A DNA stretch of 62,821 bases, counting the filler, from Rhabdomonas costata (Eukaryota): NCBI GenBank assembly GCA_019059605.1. It is 14 parts of 14 records of this genome, joined end to end, with 100 filler letters (N's around TTAATTAATTAA, not from the genome) between each part and the next. Parts side by side here need not be neighbours in the genome. Positions count along the whole stretch, not along the records: positions 22,607 to 27,007 come from JAHMHO010000253.1; positions 27,108 to 31,506 come from JAHMHO010000254.1; positions 31,607 to 35,999 come from JAHMHO010000255.1; 11 more parts are not named here. One strand, given 5' to 3'. The translations under genes and the position numbers were made by a program. Below the pieces are notes generated by a model. The model worked only from the letters and a program-made list of their open reading frames with translations. It was not told the origin of the DNA and ran no database searches. Below are positions 23,693 through 35,980 of this stretch, piece by piece. Every line of letters starts with the position of its first letter. Position 1 is the stretch's first letter.

Positions 23693-26490
23693 TCAGAGGC
23701 TTTGGAGGGCCTCCGCCGCGGTAGACACGGCGAGCCGCTCGTACTCAGTGCGCGGAGTGGCGGAGGCAGCGCGGGTGAAGTGCTCCCGGGCGGCCTCCAT
23801 GTCGCCGCCCTGGTCCACTAGGACCTGCCCCAGCGCGGCGTGGCCCTGGATGAAGCCGGGGTTCAGCTCCAGGCAGCGCTGCAGGTGGGAGACCGCGTCC
23901 TCTAGCCTGGCCATCCCCAAAGGAAAGACAAAAATAGTGGGGGAAGTATGGGTGAGCAGGGAACACCCTCAATAACGTTGCTCATTCGAAGAGGTTCGCA
24001 TGAAGAGTTATTTCAGAAGGCGAAGAAACAAATTGGAATCTCGGTTTCCGGGGAGGGGAGGGGATCATAAAATGTCCCGAAACTTGCGCAATAACACCCG
24101 AAGGGCCACGAGGACAAAAACGAAGCCCAGTGTCATTTCTGGATCATTTCAAAGAAAGCGTCAGCAGAGGCTATGTGCTCGCACCCTCGCAGGGGATCCT
24201 GAAATCGCTGGTGTTTACACTCTTTTCCCACCAGTCCAGATTCTTGTTTTCTCGGGAGGGGGAGGGACAGTATGTGCCCGACGCAAGCAACCGCAGAACA
24301 GCTCCAGAAAAAACCTCACAGACACGCACATGAAGCGAAAACAAAGTGAAACACATGCAAGCTATGAGAAATACGAAACGGCAGCAGCCGGAAAAGTTAA
24401 CAAATCCCCAGGTACCGCTGTCCAACGGATGGAGGCACCACACACAAACCTGGCCTCTGGGATGGCGCCGTAGAGCAGGGCAGCGGCCTTGCGCTCGACC
24501 CAGCCCACCTTCCAGACCCCATGGCACCACTTCGCCATGCAGTAGTGCGCGAGGAAGTCCGAGCTGTCCAGGTCTAGGCTGCGCTGGAAGCAGTCCCGGC
24601 ACACCGTCGCGCTGACGACCTTATCTTCGGGAAGCAAAAAAGGGGGGGGGGGGGTAAGGATGTGCAAGAAGAACGTTCAACCTGAGCAATTGCAAAAGAG
24701 CGAAAGACACTCCGTGAAAAGACCTCGAACCTCTTGCGATGCCTGCCCAGCGGCAGTTAATCCCGGCACCACAGTACCAGGCCCACACAAGAGCAGCTCC
24801 GGTGCACACGAAAGTGGCTCATTCGAGCGTACATACGTGCAGCTGGTAAGGGCACTTTTGCAAGCACTCAAGCACGATTGGGCACCAGATTCTTCTCAAA
24901 AAGGAGCAAAAAGAAAGCCCACCCGCCTTGACAAGCACGCTGCAAAAAGCAACCGAGGGCCTGACTGGTCCACACGGCTGTCCACGGGAGATATGCAACG
25001 TAGAACACCCAGAAGGAAACCGGCAGCCCAGCGGTCTGTGACACATGTCCAAAATTATACGGAAGAAAAAGCGGAAGAAAAAGGAAGGGTGCATACACAC
25101 AAAGAGGTGGGCCCACCTCGGACGGAGGCAAACTCTCGGAGGGCGTTCACCAGAATCCCCTTCTGCAGGTGTGCGGCGGCACAGTCTGGGCCCGCGCTCA
25201 CGGCCTGCTCCGCAACTTCCAAGCCCTTCCTGTAGGGGTGCCCGTTAAAAACATTCACACAAGGAATATGCTGAATCGCGACGCGAATGAAGCACACCCC
25301 CATCCCTTTACAACATGAGAAACGCAGCAGTAGGAAACCCGAGAGTGGCAGGAGAACGAAAATACCAACCAGATTCCTAAAAAAAGGAGAATTTTTCTTT
25401 TTTAGCACAGAAATTAACGTCTGCACAACCGCAGATCCACGGGGCACACCTCAGCAGCCGCTCTTTCTCAGTTTTGTCGGTCTCCGGCAGGGAGGCGTCG
25501 GAGTATGCCCGGGCCACCCTCCACAGCATCTTTTGAGTAAACAAGAGGAAAGCAGGAAATCCGTGTGGCAACAGAACGCAGTCCACAGTCATATTGTAAA
25601 AAAACACTTCTCTGCGAACAATAACACATCAAAGCTTCAAGCAACTTCCTTAAAAATCCGCTCGTCGCACAACATTCCACCAGTTTTCCCCATCCCACTG
25701 CCCACCTGAACATTGCTGGCATTTGCTGGCAGGGCCTCGGTGAGGAAGGCAAGAACCTCCGGCGCCTTGTCCTCCAACCTCATGGCGTCCGCCCTCGTGA
25801 GCAGCTCTGTTAAACCATTCCCACAGTTTCTTTTAAATGATCCGCATCAAGGCCCGATATTGTAACCCCTCAGTATTTCTCTTGTCCTTTCCGCCCCTCC
25901 ATCCGGTCACCATGTCGCTTTTTAACGCGCTGTTTTTTTTTACTGTCACATGCTACTTATTGCGATCTTACTCCATAATCCTTCATCTCCCCCCCCCCCA
26001 TAACAATCCGATCTCCCTCCTCTGAAGCGCTGAAGCCCGACAGTTCGGTAATCTTGCGTGAAGTACCCCAATCACCCACACCCTATCAGCGTTGCCGTTA
26101 CCTTCGGGAAATGCAACGACTGCACGCCGGAGGAGTTCTTGCGCACCCCACAGGAAAAGTTTCTAGCACAAAGGCATCTACGCCCTCCCCCCTGAGTGCG
26201 GGGACGCACCACTGTTCTGTGGCAAATCACTACAATGCGGAAATTTGCAGACACCCGACGTTATGGGTTTTCACCAACGGAACCCAGCGCTTAAGGCAGC
26301 AGACCTACCGGCAGGCTTAACCGACCGTGGTGAGAATAATCCTGCCACATTACAGGAAACATGACGAGCAACAAAGATGGACCCAGAGCTCATCGCACAT
26401 ACAAAACGCGCAGCAACCCACACACATCGGGGACGCACCTTCGAGGGGGGTTTCCGCTGCAGCCGAGCCGGAAGCCAGCGTGTCGGCCAT
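23693..26490 (-). CDS. Regulator of microtubule dynamics (RMDN/RMD-1)-like TPR protein, complete
   Basis: Six phase-consistent GT-AG exons: 26490-26439, 25806-25706, 25529-25450, 25229-25117, 24624-24450 and 23906-23693. Motifs LWRVARAY, AHYCMAKWC, GWVERKAAALLYGAIPEA and LELNPGF match the RMDN family. Confidence 0.88.
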
Positions 26491-27110
26491 AGAACAAACA
26501 GCTCGAGATGAAAGAAACAAAAGCCGAAAATAGAGGGGACCTTGAAGCTGGGGTGAAATCACAAAAGCAGGAGGGAGGGCACATCGGAGACGCATCACGC
26601 ACGGCTTGCCGTTTCTGTCTCGGCCACGGGGCAACCATCTTCCTGTTCCACGGCACAAAAAAGGGACAAACAAACGAACCTGTGCTGCGCTCGGGGAGCG
26701 AAACTTGAGGGAGCCTCTGACAAAAGGCCCAGACCAGGCGCAGATTCTAAACTTGGAAGATTAGGAGTTGGGAGCCTGCATAGTCATAATTGTAATCCGG
26801 TCCATGTCCACTATGCAACGCACGCGGACGGGCAGCGCATGTGTCATTACGACAACAGCCCCGGCTCTCAAGACAGCCCCCTGGCGGGAAGACCTGAAAG
26901 CGCCCCGAAAAGCGACCCCGACAACAGTAGCAGTGAGCATGGTAGCAGCGAGCATGGTGGAGACAGACTCTGAGACAGACCCTGAGACAGAGAGCTAACA
27001 ACCCCCCNNNNNNNNNNNNNNNNNNNNNNNNNNNNNNNNNNNNNNNNNNNNTTAATTAATTAANNNNNNNNNNNNNNNNNNNNNNNNNNNNNNNNNNNNN
27101 NNNNNNNGGG

Positions 27111-27174
27111 GGGGTGTGATTCTTACGCTGCAAAATATTGTAGATCTTGTTTTGCAGCGTAAGAATCACACCCC
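27111..27174. repeat. Perfect 25-bp inverted repeat at a scaffold start
   Basis: ggggtgtgattcttacgctgcaaaa and ttttgcagcgtaagaatcacacccc are separated by a short loop. Confidence 0.9.
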
Positions 27175-27179
27175 TTCTC

Positions 27180-30150
27180 AAAAATGATGACGACCTGATC
27201 CAGGCTATTCACGCAATGGCTGCGGAGGCGCTGATATAAATAATATCCCGTTGTCCACAATAACCCTTAGCCAATGCGCTGGAACAGCTCCCACCTAAAG
27301 GCAATTTCATTAGTCCGGAAAGAAATTGTGAACAAACTTCCGCGACTTTTGGATATAGTCTAAATATGCTGGTGAAAACTTCTCCAGCTTCTTTACCACA
27401 ATCTCCTAGTCCTAGAGTACTGCAAAAAGCAGCCAATTTACTTGCATCTGGAATCTGTGGAACACGCAATCGTAAACATCAATAACATGAGTTATATTCC
27501 TCCCAAACTCAGCCACAGTTATGCTACAGTGCAAACTATTTGCCTCGCTGATTTTTGTGTATGTTATTGTCCAAGTGTTGGAAAACATGAATGACTCTTG
27601 GCATTGAAAAACATCTGGGCATTGAACGGCTATTACCTGTGCGTTCTACTTCATCAGTAGTTCGTGGATTCTTCTTGGTTTCCACACGTGAGTTCTCATT
27701 GCTTTCTACGCGCGTAAGGCATTCTGTTGACAAATGTTAGGCCGAATGACGTGAATGCGAGATTTACTATAAAGTTGCGGATGCCATCCAACAGAAGCTC
27801 ACACTTCTCCTGTAGTCCAGCATGAACACAACTTCTCTCATAAAAAACCTCACGGCACTTGAATCTACATTGCACCTCATCAGGAAGTTAACAGTGGCGC
27901 TCAAAATAATATTCAGATTATATACAAGGCATTCAATTACAATTCAGTGTGAGTGCGCTTTCAAAGACGTTTGAGCATCTGGATCAAGATCAACCTACAT
28001 CATTAACACGGTAATTGATAGCTGAAGAACATCTGTACACAGTGGACACCATAATTGACACAGTACATTCCAAAGCCGCTTAGCACGCACTCCTACACCT
28101 CGTATATGGTTGCCTCTGCATTTCAGACGCCGCAAATGCCTACGCGACGGCAGCTTTTGCCTGACTTATAAAACGTTGGTAAAAATTCTGGAGATGGCAA
28201 CATACATCAGCTTCTACAGCTTGCTATATAAATGCCTTCCTATTGTATGCCATCCAATGTGACATATTACTTCAAAACTTTCAGTTTAGCACAATTTGCA
28301 GCACCACATGACTGAGAAACTGCAAAACTACTGAAATTCTTAGTCAATTTCGACTATTTAAATTACATTATCTCAATTTTGCTCAGGTTTTAAGTGGATT
28401 ATCGGTATGTATTTGCTTTGTAATTAAACCATGTTATCTGTATTTATCTGTATGTGAAAGGCCATACTAGAAGCATGGCGCGTCAGCAGCTGTAATTTGG
28501 CACAAAATCTTGCCAGTGGCTACATATTCAAGGATATCTTCAATTTAAACTTACACTAAGTCCAGTAAGCAAATAACTTATATTGCTACAACTAAATAAT
28601 CTCTACTTATCCAACATCCTGGTGTCATGTATCTCCTTGAAGACACAACCACATTATATTCACGGAATTGTGCAGACTTAAGTGAAATTTTGAAATAAAA
28701 TTGTCCCATTTACCAGATGTATTTCTCACCCAGCTTCAATTGCAGGTTACAGCAAGAATATTATTGCAGAGGAATTTTGTTAGATGTAAAAATAGACACT
28801 GATTCATATGCAGATATCCAAGTATTCATGAGGGGAAGATTCTTAGCGGCGTGAGACTAGGGATTAATGTAAACTAGTTTATTTCTGAATTGATGATGAC
28901 AGTACTACGTTTAGTTGTAATTGATGTGCAACACACCAGATTCGTAGTTGGATTCTAATAAATACATGATGCAAATCATAAAAGCAGACACACCAACGCA
29001 AATTAGGCTAAAATTGATGTGTTGTGATGCCTATGTGAGTGACAAATTGCATTCCAATCTGCATCGTAAGAAGTAAAGCTCGTTTTAATTTGTGCGAGAC
29101 CCAGGTAGATGCAATGGCTGAGGTAATCGAAAAAGGACTGTGATTGGTTTCAACACAAAAAATGGGCTGTTGTGAAGTATCAACGAAGAAATAAGTAAAG
29201 GCTAGATGAAGGTGATGTGTTTAAGTTTTTCTGGTAGTGTGACGATGTTGCAAGATTCGTCGCTTCTGCACGCGAGTTTCGTTGGGCTGATAAATTAAAG
29301 TAATAGGCGCTTGGAAAAATCTTAAACATTGAACCTATCTGACAATCTGATATGTTGTGAAGTGACACTGTGGATGCAGTATTGCGTGCAGAAGTTCATA
29401 ACATGAGCGCAGTGATGAGCTAGCAAAATTGTTTATTTACTGCCACAAAGTGATAGGTAATTGACGCAGATGAGAGGAATACAAAACCAGCCAAAATGAA
29501 GAAGTCTGGCGAATGTGGTGCCTAAAGTGTAGTAATTAAAAGCAATTTGATGTGCCCAGTTTTGTAAAAAACGGGACTCTGGGCGCAATAAATGCATTCT
29601 TTCTAGCGTATGGAGGTAAAAAGACAATTGTTGAGTCCTTGTGCTCATTAACTGAGTAGTAACTGATTGGAACTAGGACCGTAGTTTATAGATATCGATG
29701 GCACTCTGCTACCGTCCACGATAGGCAATGGAAGGCGCCGTAGCCACGATGAAGATGATACTTCTACGCGCTGAGGGTGCGCAGCAATCTTGTTCTCAGT
29801 GGCTCTATGGTCAAATAATTAACATTCTAGCCATTGTAGATGTTTATCAATTGCACAAATGTTTACATCGAAAACAGCTACAACGTTGACTCTATACTGA
29901 TGTCATTAGTGATGCTGGTGGTGTCAAACGTCCATGTTGTTGATGAAACAGCTCTGTGCAGGAAATTATGGGGTATACATAATTCACCAACAAACATTTA
30001 ACGTGATTTTCAGCGGTTTTGATAAAGTCTCAATAGTTTATTGCAAAAGGTGGTCGTTGTTGATACTTTGCGGCTTGTACTGTAGGGTGCTATGCATGTT
30101 TGTCCGCGTCACCTTAAAAAGGCATAACTGCAAAATTCTGCACTTCGAAC
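27180..30150 (+). pseudogene. AT-rich island with stop- and frameshift-riddled protein-like frames, identity unknown
   Basis: Visibly more AT-rich than the other scaffolds, with almost no ORFs over 60 aa. Plus-strand frames read like decayed protein, e.g. NDDDLIQAIHAMAAEALI*, LIAEEHLYTVDTIIDTVHSKAA*HALLHLVYG and LDEGDVFKFFW*CDDVARFVASAREFRWADKLK. Confidence 0.35.
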
Positions 30151-31721
30151 GTTAAATCTTGTGGTGGAAAAAGGAATTGCAAATGGATCTGTGGTTTGTT
30201 GGTATTTTGTGCCCCTTGTCTGATCTCTTACGTTTCACATATTTGACATTTAAGATAACTGACGTTTCCCGATGTCCTTTCCTTCTCATCACGTTCCTAG
30301 ACATTCTTTTTTCTTCTACCGGACCCCTCTTTATTTCTTCCGCACTTCCTGTTACTGAACCGATGAGCTCTTCGGACGCTGGGTCTCCACTGAATGCCGC
30401 TCGAGTCGACGGGAACCACTCCACAGATATCCTGGCGGCCTGAGCTCTGGGAGCCCAACTCTCCAACATTTCCGCAAAAGTGTAGACGTTGGAGCGTAGC
30501 GCTTCCTCAGGTGGTCCTCGTCCCTCGCAACCCACTCCTTATCATTCCTCCCACACACCGAACGCTCTGAAGCAGCTCGCGTCTGACCCCTGAACTCCTC
30601 CAATCATCACAACATTTCTCACCACCATCGCTGCTCTTCTCTACTCGGCAATCGACGAGCACCACCTTGCCATCATCGAGTTGCGGCTGTCCCCTCCCCT
30701 GTACCCACCCAGGAGGGCCCGCAGTTGCCAGCACGGAAGCTGCCCACTCACTATTCCTCCTACCACATTCAAGCATCCCTTCAACAGAACCACTACGTAC
30801 CGCTTTCTTTCCTGCCTCCGGGCTCCCCTATGCCTCCTGGTGCCCTCTTGCACCGGGGTAATGTGGGTTTGTCGAATGTCAGGGGCGCATGTTTTATTGG
30901 GCGGGACAGGGCTAACTACATGATATTAGCCTTCCTCCTCGTAGCCCGTGCAATGAGTGCCAGGTATTGCACATCGGCCTCTTTTGTAACCACTGATTTC
31001 CCATCAAACCGCCTTCTTCCCCGAGTTCCACCGTCTTGGGCTCCTCATCTTGCGTTTCAGCTGGAACTCACTGCACAACATGAGCAATGAGCAATGAGCA
31101 ATCCTCCCCTGTAGTGTAAACGCACACGTACTATAGCTAATGCTGCAGCCATCTTTTCCACTCCCGAAGCCGGAGACTCGATTAGCATGGGTTAGACAAA
31201 ACTTCCTCTGATAAATGGGGCCATTTCCCGGGGCTTGTGTGGTCAGGTGGTCATACTACTGTACCGCTGAGCCTGTGGATTTCCCACCGCATTCCGCTTC
31301 ATCTCCCTTCCCCCCTTCCTCTTCTTTCAAGCAAAGCTCCCAATTGCCACTCAGCATTCTTACAGACCTTATGTGCCGCTTCTCATTCTCTCTTCCTTGT
31401 GTATATCCCGCTTTTCTCACTCACAAGTCCGCGGTGAAGGCTCGGCTGATTTGCGACCTGTGTTTCTACAACTCCATTTATGTTTCACTAATTTCAAAAT
31501 CACCCCNNNNNNNNNNNNNNNNNNNNNNNNNNNNNNNNNNNNNNNNNNNNTTAATTAATTAANNNNNNNNNNNNNNNNNNNNNNNNNNNNNNNNNNNNNN
31601 NNNNNNGTTTGTGTTTTGTGACCCTGTGACACCATATGAGGATTGAAAAGCTCCGAGTTAAGTTCAAAAAAGTAGTTGCCCGCTGGAATGCAAAACGTAT
31701 CCAGCGTGGGTGAACACACAC

Positions 31722-34700
31722 CCTCGTACAGGGCCTTGGCGGCGATATGGCCGAGGTATCGAAAGAGCTTCATCGCCAGAGCCTCACCGTGGATGGTACC
31801 CGCCTTGGGGTTGGGGTAGAGCTTGTCGTCGGGGGTGCCCAGGAAAAGCCCGAAGGTCGGGTCAAACCCCTGCAATATTGCGATGCCCACCAACAATATC
31901 AATTTCCAAGAACACAGTCAATGCATCATGAAGATACATTTACGGTTTCAATCCCTTCAACGCTTGCAGGCGAGCAACGCACGAGACCGTTAAGTGAGAT
32001 CTGCAACGCTTCACATTGCATGCCTTCGAGACATCCAAGAACAAACAAATTAATTTCGAAAATCATTTTTCAGAACATTTACCACACCTGGACTAGGAGA
32101 ACAGGATGAATGATCCCAGGAGACAGAATTAATACCGATTACACGGACTGTAAAAGCAATGCTACGGCGAAGCAAGCGCAGTTTGCGTGAGTCGCGAGGG
32201 TCGGGACAACCTTCTTTATAGTTTGCGTGAGGAACTCCTTGCACACCCCCCCGGCATCAATGCCCGCCTCGGTGAGGCCCTGAGCGTTCTCGAAAATCAC
32301 GAACAGCCGGCACCGCAGCCGCGGGTCACCCCCAGGCGGGAGCGCCGCAAACTGAGCCAGGCCATCCTCAATCAGGTGGCTCCTCCTCACCCGAATCTGA
32401 TCAGTCGTGGGTAAAATGGAAGGGAATTAGACGTGCAGCTGCGAACAGGAGATAGGAAACAAATGCAGACCTGGGGAATGAAGAGCAGGAGGACAGCAAG
32501 AACATACTGGTCCATGGGGCACGTGTCTTTTCCACTTTGATCTCATGAGCTTTCAGCCCCCACTTGGGGTTCTCGTTCTCCACCGAGAGCCACGGGAGGC
32601 CCCTTGTGGGCACATTCTTTATTGGGAGCAAGGCCTTCTTTCCCTCACTCTCCGAGGCTCTGTGATCTGCGGTTTCTGTTCCTTTCCGCCGCCTACATCT
32701 TTTTTTGTTCTGATTACTGCTTGCGGAAAGGAGCGTTCTGCGCGTCCCGCGAGTTTCCTTCTCTCTTCACCACGCGGCCTGTTTGCTGTTTGCTTGAGTA
32801 TTCTTGCTTGCTGTTTGCAATGCTAGTGAACTGTTCACTGGACTGGTGACGCAGTGGCGTGCATTTCCAAGCAAGGTGAACCGTGCTGGCATGGAGCCGA
32901 AGAATCCAGGACGCTTTCATTGCGCTGGATGGCCGAATGCACCGCTGCTGAGCGATTTTCAGGTTCAAGGAAATTACTGGTCATGCACACAAGAAACAAC
33001 AGTGGGGCTTATTCCAAAAGAAAAGCAAATGGCTGCGCGCCGGTCGTGCCCCTCAGACCAGTCACTTCCAATTTTTTTTTGGAGGCTTTGTACAATCTTG
33101 TACCGCTTCGTTTCCATAAATGCACCCTCACAGCAGCCGGAGCCGGAGGGTGCATACACCAAAAACCAATGCAAACTCACAGCAGGGAATTTTTCATGTT
33201 ACGACACTGCGGGCACCGAGAAGAGGGAGCAGAAGTCAACATTCCTGCCAGCGGGTGTCAGAGGCCTGGTGGTGCTCGCGGTCGGTGGTGACTCTGTGCC
33301 GGAACACCTGCACGCGGGTGTCGAAGGGCACTGTGTGAGGCAGGGAGCGCACCACTAGCCCAAAGCCCTGCGGGGAATCCACCGCGGAGGCCAGCGCCGC
33401 GGGGTTGGCCGTGTCAGCTGTGACGAACTGAGCAAACCCAGAAACCCAGAAACGGCAGGAGAAGAGGGATTGAGACAGAGACGGAATGTCACCAGGCCGA
33501 CGGCCGAGATCGGGCCTACTTCTAAAAGTAAGCATTTCCAAGAAGTTAACCTTAAAGACTGTAAAGGAATTAATACATCAGAAGTCACAGGCCGAAACAT
33601 GGCAGCGACTTGTCGAGGTGTAGTAGGGAGGAGTAAAATGGCATTTTGTTAATGCCGTGACCTGACATCAAAATACTATCTTTCCCTCACCTCTCACTGG
33701 CAAGGCTAACAGTCCAACGTAGCGCCTCCATTGCTGGTCGAGTTATGATCTTAAATCCTCACAGCAGCGCCGCTCATAGGAACACAAACCACCCATTGTT
33801 TTTCTTAGCGGTTACCTCACCAGAACTCGATTCTCTGCTTATAACCACGAAGAGTAAGGCGCCTGGACGCACATTCTTTCTTTTGCAGTCAGCGCTAGGG
33901 TTCTGGCGCTTACTGAATGGCACAGAAAAACTCAGCTGGCCGCACAGAGGAAAGCATACTCCATGCACCAGCTTCATGTGTGCCTCTCGAACACACGGAA
34001 GCAGCGAGAAGGGGTGATGATAGCCTGAGGAGACCTTCTTCCACAGAGGGGTGCCCCAGATCAGCCAGTGCGAGGCCGGGCTGAACGCCTGGCGGGCGTC
34101 GCGGTCGCGCAACTGGAGTACCGTGGCCCGAGCCAGGTCCCGGAGTGAGGCCAGCTCAGGGGGCCTGCCACACAGACGACCGCACACGTCACAATTCAAG
34201 GAGCTGACTCAAGTGATAGTTCAAAATGACCATCGCACTGCCCTGCCCTGTATGCCGCTTCGCCCTTGCCTCCAGGAGAGGAAACGAATCTCCAAAGGGG
34301 ATTGAGAATGGGTGCTGCGCCTTGTATTCGCCATCCTTTAGCTAGAACATAAGAACCATGTTTGACAAGGGAGTAGAGGGGAAGGGAGCCACAACCACTG
34401 GTAACCTTATACACCAACTCGCGTTTAACACTCTCTGCTCTGCCTGGTTGCATCTCGTCGTAGATAGCTGAGCGTTGGGACCTGTAATCTCTTTCTGAGA
34501 GCACCCAGTTTTCCGCGCACCCCTAACCCACCCAGAGAATAGACTCACTTGACATGTTGCGGCATTACTACAGTCTTTCTATGAGCTTCCCCAGCTCAAT
34601 GGGGCGAGGATCACTCACACATAACTCAGGAAACCACAACCTCCAAAAACGCAAACCTAAAAGCACGAGATGGGAAATTAAAACCTTTGCAGGTCAGAGC

Positions 34701-35980
34701 AAAGGACGAAGGCGATGCGGTTCAGAAGGGCGCCGATGGCAGCAACCTGACGCACAGCGGTAAGAGTGGGAGAGAAAAGGGTGCCACGGCGTGTTGGGTA
34801 CCGATGGAATAGCAATCAGAAATTCTATTGGCTGCGCACCACAGCGTCAGGGCCAGTTTTTTCAAACAGTTTCCAGCGAAATCAGAAAAAAGTTTCCCCA
34901 GAAATTTGGGGGGTGGGGTCACCACCTCAATGATGGGCCCATATTTCGCTCGGAGTTGTTATCACGCCCACAAAGTGTCGTGGTTTCAGGACAGGAAAGA
35001 ATGGACACTGTGGCTAACGAAGCATGTCGGCTGATGAATGCTCAGGTGTCCACGGACCGTGGGTAACGGAAACGGGTTCTGCCTCTCGAAGAACTCCTCG
35101 TGGTCGCAGATCAGCAGGAAGTTGTGATACAGGTTGCAGAACAGCGACAGCACACTGCCGAACGCCAGCGCGACCTGCATCCCAAATCCACCGCACACCA
35201 GGGTCTGACCCCAAGCACGGAGACTGGTGGGAAAGATGTCAGGCACCGCTTGCATCAAAAATAAGCGTGCTGGACTGCAGGCAGATCCAACTCATCGGAA
35301 ACAAAAGGTGTTGGAAAGCAGGCGAAAAAACCTTGAGATCCGATGCAATTTCTTTGTTTAACGTTGTTAACCGGTGTGTTACAACATGCAACATTTTGTA
35401 TTGGGGTACCTTTCCTTGTTTTTTGTGGTTGTTAGAGGCTGAATTCGGTGAATATGCTCGGGAATGGCGATGAGCGGTTCCCAGAAGTTGCCTAAAAAAA
35501 GGGACAGGGTTTTCTTAGTGGCGGACGTTGCCTGGGGGGACTACGGGAGTTTTTGCAGTAATGCACCGCAAAAGCGGCACATCAGGGGGGTTTGTCACGT
35601 AACCTGCACCTTCCTGGCTAATTCTTGTAGCAGCCACTTGGTATCCATCGGGGACGGCCCTCCAGCATGAGGCGGAATGTTCCCACCGTTCGGGGTGCTT
35701 GGCTTAGCTATGCTCGAACTCACAGTGGAAGCATCACTGTACAACAGCCTTCGCAGTGGTACGTGGTCTTTACTATCTCTCTGAGCATATGCCATCTTTT
35801 CGACCTCTTGAGAGTGGTGACGGGGGAGTAAGGTCCATGAACCTCCTGGCCCAGGCCTGTGGAACCCTGCAGAAAGGCTTGCAACACAGCCTCGTGGGCC
35901 TCCACCCAGCTCCAGAGCGCGGTAACCAGATAGGGCCGACCAAAGGTGAGCGCAACAAGAGCTGTGCCTCCCGGCCAACC
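31722..35980 (-). CDS. HECT E3 ubiquitin ligase, UBE3B/UBE3C (UPL6/7)-like (internal fragment)
   Basis: Successive exons encode LFCNLYHNFLLICDHEEFFERQNPF, LLNRIAF, QLRDRDARQAF...HW, LPHTVPFDTRVQVFR, IRVRRSHLIEDG...EAGIDAGGVCKEFL and FDPTFGLF...LYPNP...FRYLGHIAAKALYEG. Confidence 0.95.

Noticed and set aside
27180..30150. Alternative genetic code (TAA/TAG = Gln or TGA = Trp) in the AT-rich island
   Set aside because: All three stops and frameshifts interrupt the best frames, and no single reassignment opens a long ORF.
34820..34900. Possible non-conventional (non GT-AG) euglenid intron before LFSDFAGNCLKKLALTLW in the HECT gene
   Set aside because: A conventional exon at ~34746-34686 (VAAIGALLNRIAFVLCSDLQ) fits both phase and family alignment. 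I found no non-conventional intron in the window.
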